Source of the DNA: Gammaproteobacteria bacterium RIFCSPHIGHO2_12_FULL_35_23 | GTDB lineage: Bacteria; Pseudomonadota; Gammaproteobacteria; UBA12402 | Direction of reading: 5' to 3' | DNA length: 64,000 bases | Assembly (NCBI GenBank): GCA_001801465.1 | Contig: MGXT01000023.1 | Coordinates: forward strand, 3,809-67,808 | In this document: in pieces, positions 1 through 10,509 of the stretch | Layout of the letters: every line of letters begins with the position of its first letter | Position numbering within the stretch: the first letter of the stretch is position 1 | Notes under the pieces: generated by a model | Databases searched by the model: none | The model's input: the letters and a program-made list of their open reading frames with translations, nothing else | Told to the model about the DNA's origin: nothing | Translations under genes and position numbers: made by a program

Positions 1-656
1 TGTGCCTTACGTCTCATTAAAGTTTCACCTATTGCAAATAGTGCACAAGGCCCCGCTGTAGCTCCAACTACATTGCATATATGAGCGAATACTTGAGGAA
101 TTTGGATGTGAAAAATCGATACTAGTATTCCTAATACTGGTGCAACAATTAGCGGATTTTTAATTAAACTAAGCATGCCATTTCGTATTACGTGTAGCAA
201 TGATGTATCAGGCTTACTTATTTCAATAATGACAACACCAATCGCCATAAACAAACAAAACATTACAGTTGCTAAGGTAATAGGAATCAATACTTGTCCA
301 CCCAATAAAGTGGTTAGTACTGGAATACCCATATAAGCTACGTTAGGAGAAGAAATTCCCAAAGCTAAGACAATACTTTTAGGAGGTGAATTGCTACGCC
401 ATAACCATAGCAATGCAATGATAAAAGGAATTAATGCAGCTAAAAAATATACAAAAATGAAGTGCCAATTTAAAATTTCATCAATTGGTGTTGTTGCCAT
501 TGAAATAAATAATAAAAAAGGCATAGCAAAATAAAATACAAAATCATTAAGAGCAGTATCTGTATCACTAGGAAAATTCTTAAGCTTGGTGGAGAGCGCC
601 CCACATCCCATAATTAAAAAAGTTGGCACAATTGCCATAATAATGATATGTAACAT
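1..656 (-). CDS. AEC (auxin efflux carrier) family transporter, 3' end runs off the window
   Basis: Hand translation from ATG at 656: MLHIIIMAIVPTFLIMGCG...LNDFVFYFAMP...SPNVAYMGIPVL...IKNPLIVAPVLG...GATAGPCALFAIG; hydrophobic with AEC motifs. Not in the ORF track because no stop lies in the window. Confidence 0.85.
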   Translation of the reverse strand, partial: MLHIIIMAIVPTFLIMGCGALSTKLKNFPSDTDTALNDFVFYFAMPFLLFISMATTPIDEILNWHFIFVYFLAALIPFIIALLWLWRSNSPPKSIVLALGISSPNVAYMGIPVLTTLLGGQVLIPITLATVMFCLFMAIGVVIIEISKPDTSLLHVIRNGMLSLIKNPLIVAPVLGILVSIFHIQIPQVFAHICNVVGATAGPCALFAIGETLMRRKA

Positions 657-1530
657 TTATTGTCCTTTTTTAAAGATGACTTATCCCTTTTATTATCCTA
701 GCTTAACTTATTAAAAAATCAAAATAAAGTTAATGGACTTAATAACGACATAATTAATAACTTCATAATAATTCTTACCTTATCACTATAATCAGCCAGA
801 AATTAACATACTCAATAGCACTAAGAATAAGAATTTTATTTTTTAGGGCTGACTATCAAATTACCCAAATTCATTAACTCCTCAAGCAATACTTTTAATA
901 ATTTCATTATAACTCTTAATTATTATATTTTTATCAGCTACAAGCTCATACAGAGCTTGCTTCAAATAATGTCATAACAAATGGGCTACATGTGTTAGGC
1001 ATTATTTTATAAGCTCTTGCTTGCCAAGCACTTTTAATTTTTTTAGCTTGCATGCTTCTCTCAACTTATTGCATTAAAGGATAGTGTTCACCAATTTTAT
1101 TCTCCTTAACTTATTGATTAATTTAAATTTTAATTAGATGCCGAAAGAGTTCTGGAGTCTATTTAATTAATACAACTAGGATCTGATGCAAAACCTACCT
1201 ATTACTTATTGCCCCACAACCAATTAAAGATATTCCTAATTTAAACCCCGTAGTAAATAATACCTCTATTGAAAAGCCCATGCAATTATCAGCTTTTTAT
1301 GAACAACTAGTAAAAAAAATAATGCCGTTTTATGAATATAAGCAAACTAGTTACTTCAAATCAGTTAGATAGTTTTTATTAAAAATAATCAGATCATAAT
1401 ATATTAACTGAAGAGATTACCAAAAAATGTTACTATTATTTTGTAAATAGCTATTAACAATAAATAATAATTAGGTAATTTATATTACAATAGATTAAGA
1501 ATTATCGTTCTATTATAAATAAGGTACATT

Positions 1531-2928
1531 ATGAATGAATTAGTTAAATTATCAGCTACTCAACTAGCAAAAGCAATCAAAGAACAACGTTTTTCTTGTC
1601 AAGAAGTAATGCAGGCTTATTTGCTACAAATAAAAAAATCAAATCCAAGTTTAAAAGCTATTGTACAACAGTTGGATGAAGCTCAAGCTCTCAAACAAGC
1701 AGCTGAAGCTGATCAAGCCATACTACAAAATAAACCTCTCGGCAAACTTCATGGGGTTCCTATTACCATTAAAGATCACATCAAAGTAAAAGACTTTATC
1801 GTGACACGCGGTTGTATTACTTTAAAAAATAATCGCTGTAGTGAAGACGCTTCGATTGTAGCTCGTTTAAAAAAAGAAGGTGCTATTGTCATAGGGATTA
1901 CCAATATGCCAGAATTAGGGCCTGTCTTTGAGTCTGATAACGCTATTTATGGACAAACCAAAAATCCTTACGATCTTACTAAAACAGCTGGAGGAAGCAG
2001 TGGTGGCGAAGCTGCTATCCTGAGTAGTTGTGGTTCCGCATTGGGAATTGGCTCTGATGGTGGTGGTAGCATACGCTTACCAGCACATTTTTGTGGCATT
2101 GCAGGCTTAAAACCTACCCAACATTTAGTTTCATGCTCTGGCAATGTACCTGGTGATGGGGGCTTAGGTATGCTTTTTTACACCCCTGGGCCTATGGCTC
2201 GTTTTGCTGAAGATTTAAAACTCGCTTTACCTATTATTTCAGGCTGGGATGGCATTGATCCTCATCTGATACCAGGTACATTACCCACCACGACCAAGCC
2301 TTTGGAAACAATGCGCATTGGTTATGTTATCGATACAAGTGCTTGCACACCTACCAAAGAGACTATCAACACCATTCATGAGGTTGTAGCTATTTTGAAT
2401 AAAGCCGTTGCTAAAATCAAAGCGGTTGATTTTCTAGATATTGGCAAGATTGGACTTTTTCATTGGGATACTTATTTTTATGGCGGAGATCAAGGCAAAA
2501 GCTACTTGCAACTATTAAAAAAACTCAATATTACAACCCCTTCTGCTCCTTTACAGCGTTTTCTAGAGGCTGCAGCAAAATCTGAACTTTTTGATGCTAA
2601 TGAATTTCGTAGACGTTTTTTCGAGGTTGATCAAATTCGAATGCACGCACTCAAACATATGCAAGATTATGATATTATTATTACTCCGACTTGTGCTACT
2701 CCAGCCAAACCTCATGGTACAACACAAGCGCAAATTAAGGATTTTGTATATACTATGGTTTTTAATTTATTGGGTTGGCCTGCTTGTGTAGTCCGCTGTG
2801 GCACTTCAAAAGAAGGCCTACCGATTGGGGTACAGATTGCAGCAAAACCCTGGCATGATTACAATACCATAGTGATTGCTGAATATTTAGAACAAAAACT
2901 TGGCGGTTGGCAAATGCCCTCTATTTAA
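1531..2928 (+). CDS. Amidase signature family protein (FAAH-like)
   Basis: LHGVPITIKD, GGSSGGEAA and GSDGGGSIRLPA (Ser-cisSer-Lys triad motifs). Confidence 0.9.
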   Translation: MNELVKLSATQLAKAIKEQRFSCQEVMQAYLLQIKKSNPSLKAIVQQLDEAQALKQAAEADQAILQNKPLGKLHGVPITIKDHIKVKDFIVTRGCITLKNNRCSEDASIVARLKKEGAIVIGITNMPELGPVFESDNAIYGQTKNPYDLTKTAGGSSGGEAAILSSCGSALGIGSDGGGSIRLPAHFCGIAGLKPTQHLVSCSGNVPGDGGLGMLFYTPGPMARFAEDLKLALPIISGWDGIDPHLIPGTLPTTTKPLETMRIGYVIDTSACTPTKETINTIHEVVAILNKAVAKIKAVDFLDIGKIGLFHWDTYFYGGDQGKSYLQLLKKLNITTPSAPLQRFLEAAAKSELFDANEFRRRFFEVDQIRMHALKHMQDYDIIITPTCATPAKPHGTTQAQIKDFVYTMVFNLLGWPACVVRCGTSKEGLPIGVQIAAKPWHDYNTIVIAEYLEQKLGGWQMPSI

Positions 2929-2992
2929 TGTTACAATTAAAAAATATCAGTTAACTCTTACTTCCATAGAGCAATTAACTAGGAGAACTTGT

Positions 2993-3484
2993 ATGAATAA
3001 AGTTTTCTTTATTTCCGATACTCATTTTGGTCATAAAAATATCATAGTTTTTGAAGCGATTAAAAAATATCGCCCTTTTCAAACCATTACTGAACACGAT
3101 AACAAACTAATTGATAATTGGAATAGTGTCGTTAACGAAAAAGATACTGTTTGGCATCTTGGTGATTTTTGTTTTGGAAAAACTAACTTAGCAATTGCTG
3201 GTAAATTAAATGGTATTAAAAAACTGGTTAAAGGTAATCATGATATTTACCCAACCAAAGAATATTTAAAATATTTTACTGAAGTTTATGGAGTAGTAGA
3301 ATACAAAAGATTTATTCTTTCCCATATTCCAGTACATCCACAGCAATTTATAAGATATAAAGCTAATATTCATGGTCATCTACATGATAAAACACTTGAT
3401 GACCCACGGTATATTAATGTTTCCTGTGAGCAAATTAATTTAACCCCTATTTTATTTGATGAACTAATTCATAAAGTTATCTAA
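2993..3484 (+). CDS. Calcineurin-like metallophosphoesterase (short type)
   Basis: SDTHFGH, LGDF, GNHD, SHIP and HGHLH motifs. Start moved to ATG 2993, which follows an AGGAGA RBS. Confidence 0.88.
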   Translation: MNKVFFISDTHFGHKNIIVFEAIKKYRPFQTITEHDNKLIDNWNSVVNEKDTVWHLGDFCFGKTNLAIAGKLNGIKKLVKGNHDIYPTKEYLKYFTEVYGVVEYKRFILSHIPVHPQQFIRYKANIHGHLHDKTLDDPRYINVSCEQINLTPILFDELIHKVI

Positions 3485-3515
3485 TTTATTTTAATAAAAT
3501 TATTTCTTTAAAAAT

Positions 3516-3701
3516 CTAATTACTAGCAACTTCTTGATAAATGGAAGCATAATAATTAAAATATTGCTCTAGCCTATTGATATCAACGCCCATCTTTTCA
3601 AGTACAATTAAAGACATAGATAAATGGTTTGCAAAAAAAATTTTGCTGTAAGTTAGTAAAAAGTTTCTACTTTTTTCAAGTAAATCACGGGCAAGTTTCA
3701 T
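3516..3701 (-). pseudogene. Probable N-terminal fragment of a questin-oxidase-like (DUF4243) protein
   Basis: NHLSMSLIVLEKMG...RLEQYF resembles the NHLPMALxALxxMG...RL N-terminal motif of that family, but the ORF is only 61 aa. Confidence 0.5.
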
Positions 3702-4233
3702 TTACTATTCTTAATTTATTAGAATAAAACTTATACACTATATAATCTTTATTCAACTTTTGATCTTTACGCACAAAAAACTCATAATTATTTTTGGCAT
3801 ATTTACTGATAATTTTTTTAATAAAGTTAATAAATGAAAAGAAATTACTTAACATACGGACTTCCCAAGTTCCTGAATATTGATCAAAAATTTTAAAAAT
3901 AAACCACTCACCTACTCTCTTTCTTCTATAAAATGGCATAATAAAAATATCTGCCATATTATTTGCTAAATTATTATCTAAACTTATACTAGCAGGGTTT
4001 ACTATTATAAATCCAATAGGTAACCGTTCATAATAAAGTATATAAATATCTGCTGCAGATTGATTACAACTAAGTGAAGAAATATTTTTTATATTATATA
4101 AACCAAGTTCATCTGTTTGCGTACAGGTAAGAGATGAACACTCAAATTGATAATACTGTAGTAGATTTTTAAAAGATAGATTATCTAAACTTTCCAATTT
4201 ATGAATTCTAAGCAATTCTAAATTAAGTGTCAT
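3685..4233 (-). CDS. GNAT N-acetyltransferase
   Basis: LLQYYQFE N-terminus, PIGFIIV, DIFIMPFYRRKRVG acetyl-CoA motif, GTWEV. Confidence 0.8.
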   Translation of the reverse strand: MTLNLELLRIHKLESLDNLSFKNLLQYYQFECSSLTCTQTDELGLYNIKNISSLSCNQSAADIYILYYERLPIGFIIVNPASISLDNNLANNMADIFIMPFYRRKRVGEWFIFKIFDQYSGTWEVRMLSNFFSFINFIKKIISKYAKNNYEFFVRKDQKLNKDYIVYKFYSNKLRIVNETCP

Positions 4234-4567
4234 GGCAGCATGTCATAATATTATAATAGTTTTCCGCTTATTAGTTATATCATAAAATTAACTAGTATTT
4301 GTCCTGAAAATAGACCGACATTTAATGCAGATTAGTTTAAAAGCTAACAGCTTGATCATTAGCGCATAATTTGCGCAAATAATTTAGCCACCAAAAACTA
4401 AAGAAACGCTCATCAGAATAAGTGCACATTGATAGCTTAGTTTCTGCTATGAAATAATAGCAAATATCAATAAATAGTATTTTTCTTTAAATGTAACTTA
4501 ATTTCTTATTTTAAATATGATAGTAATAGACTATTGCAACAAGGGATTCATTATTTTTAAGGATTAA

Positions 4568-5812
4568 ATGCTCAACCATTTATTATATTTTATAATATCT
4601 TGCATCATAGGCTTATTAATTGGTATAGAGCGAGAACGTAGTCATGCCGAGGGCGTACAAGCAATTGGCATACGCTCGTTTATATTATTTGCATTACTTG
4701 GAACACTTGCTGCGGTTATTAATCATAATAGCTTAACTATTGTTATTAGTATTTTTGTTTTTGGAGCTATTTTACTTAGTTACATCAAATCTACTCAATT
4801 CAAAAGAAAGCTTATGGATGTGGGAATTACCACTGAAATATCAGCTGGGATTACTTTCGGCTTAGGTTTTATTACACTTAATCACCCACTTGTAGCTATT
4901 TTTTTAAGTGCTTTAGTACTTTTAATTTTATTAAAACGAGAACGTTTACATTTTTTTTCACGTAATCAATTAAAAACGTATGAAATTGAGGTTATCGCTT
5001 TATTAATAATTCTTTGCACGGGTATTATCCCTCTTTTACCAAACCATACCATTGATCCATGGCAATTATTTAATCCCAAAAAATTCTTTATTTTATTAGC
5101 AATCATTATAGTAATCCAATTTGGCAGTTATCTCTCTGTAAGAATATTTGGACAACGCCTAGGCATGGCTATTACAGGCTTTTTAGGTGGACTCATTTCT
5201 AGTACAATAATTTTCCTTAATTTAAAGCAGCTTTTAAATCGTTATCCTAATTCTCAGCTACCTGCTTTAACCACAGCAATTTATGCAATAACAGCCACTT
5301 TAATTGAATTATTAGTTATTTTATTTTCGGCTTCCTCTCAGTTTGCCTATAATGTCTTCATACCTGTTATCACAATGATAATAACTAGTCTAATTATTGG
5401 TGGACTATTAACAAAATTTATCCCTAAAAAATCAAACCCGCTTTCTGTAAATAAACTAAATCCAATTAATCTTCTCGCGATTTTATATATGGTTGGATTT
5501 ATCAGTTTATTACTAGTTATTATGAGCTTAGTTGAGCACTTTATAGGTGGAAAAGGTGTTTTATTCGCATCCTTTTTAGGCGGACTATTTGAACTTCATG
5601 GCATTACTTTAGCAACAGCCCTGCTCTATGTTGAAAATCAACTATCCCTTACCTTAGCAGCACAAGCTTTATACATAGCTATTACTGCTAGCTTTCTCTC
5701 AAAACTTTTTTTACTATGGATTTTAACCTCATATCGTTTTGCCTTTTATAGCTCCTGTCTACTGCTAATAATTTTACTAAGCGGTTTTATTAGTTATTGG
5801 TTGCTTATTTAA
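4568..5812 (+). CDS. MgtC/SapB family membrane protein with DUF4010 domain
   Basis: GLLIGIERE, GIRSF, GITTEI, LPNHTIDPW and GFLGGLISST; many TM helices. Confidence 0.88.
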   Translation: MLNHLLYFIISCIIGLLIGIERERSHAEGVQAIGIRSFILFALLGTLAAVINHNSLTIVISIFVFGAILLSYIKSTQFKRKLMDVGITTEISAGITFGLGFITLNHPLVAIFLSALVLLILLKRERLHFFSRNQLKTYEIEVIALLIILCTGIIPLLPNHTIDPWQLFNPKKFFILLAIIIVIQFGSYLSVRIFGQRLGMAITGFLGGLISSTIIFLNLKQLLNRYPNSQLPALTTAIYAITATLIELLVILFSASSQFAYNVFIPVITMIITSLIIGGLLTKFIPKKSNPLSVNKLNPINLLAILYMVGFISLLLVIMSLVEHFIGGKGVLFASFLGGLFELHGITLATALLYVENQLSLTLAAQALYIAITASFLSKLFLLWILTSYRFAFYSSCLLLIILLSGFISYWLLI

Positions 5813-5822
5813 AAAATAGCAA

Positions 5823-8522
5823 TTACCAATTTGACTGAAAAAATTTCCTGTTAATTAATTTTTCTAGTTCAATTATTATAAATAAAATAAAAGCTGAAAC
5901 CCAAACTAGTAACCATTGAGTCATACTCAATCCCTGTACTGAGAATAAACGCTGAAAAATAGACCAATAACTAAAAAGTAACTGTAAAAGTATAACTATA
6001 AAAATCATTATTAAACAAATTCGGCTACCAAAAATCCCTTCCCAAGACAAACAGTTATTGAATAAGCGTCGACAATTAATTAAATAAACTACTTCATAGG
6101 CAACCAATGCATTAACAGCTATACAATGTGCTAGAGCAAGAGAAGCTTGATGGCTATACTCCCACCAAAATAAGCTATAAGCACCAATTAACATCAATAA
6201 TGCTACAAACAATACACGCCAAATCAAAGAAAATTGAAGAATAGGTTGCTGTGGATTACGAGGAGGTTTCAACATAACATCACTTTCTGCTTTTTCAAAA
6301 GCCAATGCAATTGCCAAAGTAATTTCTGTCACCATATTAATCCATAAAATTTGTAACGGTGTAACAGGCAGTACATTACTAAATAATAAAGCAACCAGTA
6401 TAATTAAAGCCTCACCAATGCTAGTAGGTAAAATATAATACATAGTTTTAAGCAAATTATTATAAATGATACGGCCTTGTTCTACAGCTTTAGCAAGCGT
6501 TGCAAAATTATCATCCTGTAGTACTATTTCAGCTGCTTCTTTTGCTACCTCACTGCCTCGCCCGCCCATAGCAATTCCTACATTAGCTTTTTTCAAAGCT
6601 GGCGCATCATTTACACCATCACCTGTCATGGCAACAATTTGTTTTTCAGCTTGTAAGATATTCACGAGTTTTAATTTATGCTCAGGAGCAGCTCTTGCAA
6701 AAACAGAACAAGAACTAATAGCTTTTTTTAAAGCAACACTATCTAATTTCGCAAGCTTATTTCCCTCTATTACCCCTCCTGATATATCAATGCCAACTTG
6801 CTTAGCAATACTTAAAGCAGTAGCTGCGTGATCCCCAGTAATCATTTTAATTTGTATACCTGCATGCTGACATAAAGCAACTGCTTTTACCGCCTCCTCT
6901 CTGGGTGCATCAATTAGTCCAAAAAAACCTAATAAAGTTAAGTTATTAAGATTTTGAGACAAATTTTGGCCAGGATCTTTTTCAATTACTTTCATTGCTA
7001 TCGCAATTAAACGTAAACCCATTTGTGCTATTTTATAACTATATTGCTGCCAAAAATCCATATCGAAAGCAGCTTCACCATTTTCTGTGCATTGCTTAGA
7101 ACAAAGAGAAAAAATTGTTTCAGGAGCTCCTTTGATAAATAAAACCTTATCTTGCTCTATCTTATTTAAAGTTACAGCAAACTTTTTTTCTGAAGAAAAT
7201 GGAATTTGATCAATTAGAGGGAACCTATTTCTAACCTCTTGCCATATCATTCCTGCTTTTAACCCTAACGTTAATAAAGCACCATCTGTTGGATCACCAG
7301 CCACTTGCCAGCCATTTTCTTTATCTTGAAAAAGAGTGGCTTCATTACAACATATTGCAGCGGTAATTATTTTTTTTAATAAAACTGGATAATTATCAGA
7401 GTCTAACAGAGTATTATCAGATAATAGAAAACTTCCTGTAGGTGCATAACCACTTCCTGTAACTTCATATTCTGATTTGTATAAGCAAACTTTAGTGACC
7501 GTCATTTCATTTTTGGTTAATGTACCAGTTTTATCAGTACAAATCACCGTAACAGACCCTAGCGTTTCAACAACTGGTAAACGTCTAACAATAGCTTTAG
7601 AAGCAGCCATAACTCTTACTCCTATTGCAAGAGTAATTGTCATAATAGGTGGCAATCCTTCAGGAATGGCAGCAACAGCAAAAGCAATCACCACCATAAA
7701 TATTTCTTTTACAGGAAGGTGTTTATAATATAAACCAAAACAAAAAATTAAGATTGCGGCTAAAATAATCCCAACTGCTAACCTATTTCCAAATTGGCGA
7801 ATTTTTTTTATTAGTGGAGTTTCTACTCGTTGTGTTTTAAATAATAGCTTGCCAATCTTGCCGATTTCAGTGTCTTGTCCTGTACCCACTATTATAGCAA
7901 GTGCACTGCCAGCCACAACCATAGTTCCTGCATAAGCCATGGAAGCTCTATCAACTAAGACGGCATCGCTTGCAACAGATGCTTCCTGTTTCAAAATAGG
8001 CTCAGATTCTCCGGTGAGAATTGCTTCTTGCGTCTCTAGGTTTTTTACTTTAAATAAACGGCAATCAGCTGGAACACGGTCCCCTGGTTGCAATACAATA
8101 ATATCACCTGGAACCAATTCAACACTTGCCATAGCAATGCGCTGTTTATTTCTAAAAACATGTGCCATGGGAACAAATAATTTATGAATAGCCTGTAAGT
8201 CTCTTTCTGCTCGATATTCTTGAATAAAGCCGATCAATCCATTAATAGCAATCACGCCTAAAATCACACTGGCATCCAGTAATGCTGAAAGCAAAAAAGC
8301 AACTATTGCAGCAATTAATAATAAGTAAATAAGTACATTATTAAATTGTGAAAAGAATATTGAAAAAATGTTTCGCGTCTGCAAAAGACTTACAACATTT
8401 TGTCCAACATGTTTTGCTCTTGATATTGCTGCTTGAGTAGTCAGGCCTGCTGGATCAGTGCTTAAGGCGTCTAAAACTTTATCAACTGATAGGGCATGCC
8501 AAAAGATATTTTTTTCAAGCAT
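5823..8522 (-). CDS. P-type cation-transporting ATPase (P2A/CtpF-like)
   Basis: LTGES, IPEGL, DKTGTLT, KGAPE, MITGD, GDGVNDAPAL and QILWINMVT. Confidence 0.95.
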   Translation of the reverse strand: MLEKNIFWHALSVDKVLDALSTDPAGLTTQAAISRAKHVGQNVVSLLQTRNIFSIFFSQFNNVLIYLLLIAAIVAFLLSALLDASVILGVIAINGLIGFIQEYRAERDLQAIHKLFVPMAHVFRNKQRIAMASVELVPGDIIVLQPGDRVPADCRLFKVKNLETQEAILTGESEPILKQEASVASDAVLVDRASMAYAGTMVVAGSALAIIVGTGQDTEIGKIGKLLFKTQRVETPLIKKIRQFGNRLAVGIILAAILIFCFGLYYKHLPVKEIFMVVIAFAVAAIPEGLPPIMTITLAIGVRVMAASKAIVRRLPVVETLGSVTVICTDKTGTLTKNEMTVTKVCLYKSEYEVTGSGYAPTGSFLLSDNTLLDSDNYPVLLKKIITAAICCNEATLFQDKENGWQVAGDPTDGALLTLGLKAGMIWQEVRNRFPLIDQIPFSSEKKFAVTLNKIEQDKVLFIKGAPETIFSLCSKQCTENGEAAFDMDFWQQYSYKIAQMGLRLIAIAMKVIEKDPGQNLSQNLNNLTLLGFFGLIDAPREEAVKAVALCQHAGIQIKMITGDHAATALSIAKQVGIDISGGVIEGNKLAKLDSVALKKAISSCSVFARAAPEHKLKLVNILQAEKQIVAMTGDGVNDAPALKKANVGIAMGGRGSEVAKEAAEIVLQDDNFATLAKAVEQGRIIYNNLLKTMYYILPTSIGEALIILVALLFSNVLPVTPLQILWINMVTEITLAIALAFEKAESDVMLKPPRNPQQPILQFSLIWRVLFVALLMLIGAYSLFWWEYSHQASLALAHCIAVNALVAYEVVYLINCRRLFNNCLSWEGIFGSRICLIMIFIVILLQLLFSYWSIFQRLFSVQGLSMTQWLLVWVSAFILFIIIELEKLINRKFFQSNW

Positions 8523-8884
8523 ATTAAATATTTAGTTTAAATAATATTGACTATATAGTATTGGCTGATAGTAAAGCTACTAATAATTATTTGTTTAAAA
8601 AAACATCGATAGAATAAAATTTATACTAATTCAATTTGAATCTTATTAACTATTGATAAAAATAGCCAAATAAATTTTAGTTCGTACTTTTTCTACTCAA
8701 AACTGCATAGCTTACAAGCAAACATCTTTTAGATAGCTTGTTTATTTCTGAACCAGTCTAAATTTAAAAATAGCTATATTATTCATTTACAAATATGCTC
8801 CTTTAAAGCATGATACTCAGAAATTTATCGCTTATAAATAAAGCTATCGTTTATTATTTTTAAGTAACTACAGGGATTGCTATA

Positions 8885-10471
8885 ATGCGCTTAAAAAAAT
8901 TCTTTCCCCTTTTGATTATTACTCTAGCAATCGGATTTTTTACTAATAAAGTAATTGCTGAAGAAAGCGTTGCCACACCACTTCTTGGAAATAATGACTT
9001 ATTTTATGTTGCCACCCCTATTCCCCCAGCACCTACAGCCAATATACCTGTACTACAACAGCAATCCGTGAGCCCACCTTCAAAACTTTTTTGGGGAAAT
9101 TTTTATCTCCAGCTAGGGCTTGGCGTAACCTCACAAATGTCTGGACACTGGAAAAGTTCTTTTATTGCATCAGGTGAATCACAAACTCACCGAAATGTAT
9201 CACCTGATAATACCTCAAGACCTGGCAGCTTAGAAACTATCGGTCTTGGTTTTGCAATTAATCCCATTCCTTTACGCTTTGATGTAACTTATGCTTATTT
9301 TAATCAAATCAATTACTACTGGAAAGACTGGCTAGAACCTGACAATCAATTGCAGCCTGCTTCAGCGAAAATACAAACTCAAACAGGTATGTTTGATATT
9401 GCTTATGATTTTCGTAATCACACTCCCTGGACACCTTTTTTAACCGCAGGTATAGGAATAGCTAATATATCAAGTCAAACTGTTTGGACAGACCCAGGTT
9501 CTTCCAATTACGGACAAATTGATATGACTTCAAACTGGCATTCTCAAAACAATTTTGCCTGGCAAGCAGGAGCAGGAATAAATTATCAAATTAATTTTAA
9601 CTGGCTAGTAGGGTTATTAGTAAATTACTTAAACTTAGGTAAAGCTAAAATTTATTTCGACAATAATGGGACGGAAGCTGTTACTTTTAATGCCGTTAAT
9701 CTTTCAAATGTTTCAGTCTTAGCCTCTCTAATTTGGCGACCAGCACATATTTCAGGCATAACTTTATCACCACCTATCATTGCTTTGCACGATCCAAATA
9801 CTAGTTTAGCTAATCGCTTTTATATTCAAATTGGAGCAGGCCCAAGCTGGCAGTGGTCAAGCAGCTGGGATAATACTAGTGGAGCAGCTGCTATTCGTTC
9901 ACCTAAAGATACAACAATCAGTAATGTACAGGGCTCTATTGGTATAGGCTATGCACTACCAGAATGGCCTGTTCGTTTTGATGCAACCTATGAATATTTT
10001 ACTCAAACTCAATACCAATGGCCTTATTTATATAAAGATCCACAACCAGCTCTTGGCTTTGCTAGCAACTATCAATATGCGACTAGCACTGTTAATAGTT
10101 ATGCTGGCATGTTTGATGTTTCTTATGATTTTGTTAATCAATCCTCTTGGATGCCATTTGTATCGGCTGGAGTAGGACTTGCTCACGTCAATTCTCAATT
10201 TTCTTGGACTTATTTAAATGCAGGAAGTGACTCTCAGAACTTTAATTGGCATGATGCAAGCTGGCAAGCAGAAAACAATTTTGCCTGGCAGACAGCTGTA
10301 GGAATTAACTATCTACTAAACTCCTATTGGATAGTTGGTTTAAAAGCTAATTACACTGATTTGGGTCAAGCAACTATGTATCGTTTAGGAACCAACGGCA
10401 CCGACCAAAAGCAAAATACCGTAGATTTAGCAGAATATGGTATTATGGCTACTGTTGCTATTAGATTTTAG
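8885..10471 (+). CDS. Outer-membrane protein with two tandem 8-stranded beta-barrel (Opa/PagN/Hek-like) domains
   Basis: Signal peptide; two homologous halves, each with MFD.YDF...W.PF..AG.G and NNFAWQ..GINY; C-terminal Phe. Confidence 0.8.
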   Translation: MRLKKFFPLLIITLAIGFFTNKVIAEESVATPLLGNNDLFYVATPIPPAPTANIPVLQQQSVSPPSKLFWGNFYLQLGLGVTSQMSGHWKSSFIASGESQTHRNVSPDNTSRPGSLETIGLGFAINPIPLRFDVTYAYFNQINYYWKDWLEPDNQLQPASAKIQTQTGMFDIAYDFRNHTPWTPFLTAGIGIANISSQTVWTDPGSSNYGQIDMTSNWHSQNNFAWQAGAGINYQINFNWLVGLLVNYLNLGKAKIYFDNNGTEAVTFNAVNLSNVSVLASLIWRPAHISGITLSPPIIALHDPNTSLANRFYIQIGAGPSWQWSSSWDNTSGAAAIRSPKDTTISNVQGSIGIGYALPEWPVRFDATYEYFTQTQYQWPYLYKDPQPALGFASNYQYATSTVNSYAGMFDVSYDFVNQSSWMPFVSAGVGLAHVNSQFSWTYLNAGSDSQNFNWHDASWQAENNFAWQTAVGINYLLNSYWIVGLKANYTDLGQATMYRLGTNGTDQKQNTVDLAEYGIMATVAIRF

Positions 10472-10509
10472 TACTAAGATTTTTTATTAACACTTTTACT
10501 TGCCACTTA

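Noticed and set aside
860..1375. Short reading frames in the gap between the AEC transporter and the amidase (e.g. MQAKKIKSAWQ... on minus, MQLSAFYEQL... on plus)
   Set aside because: 30-35 aa with no recognisable family; possibly gene debris but not supportable.
1531..2928. gatA
   Set aside because: No gatC/gatB neighbours; the TNMPE and SDGGGS motifs are generic-amidase type.
6466..8187. Plus-strand ORFs inside the P-type ATPase, and similar nested ORFs at 2591, 9951, 18680, 18933, 19226, 23706, 25951, 26831, 35073, 35380, 35706, 37504, 38237, 39237, 39969, 40337, 41233, 44689, 44941 and 51155
   Set aside because: Antisense or alternate-frame shadows of well-supported genes, with no motifs of their own.
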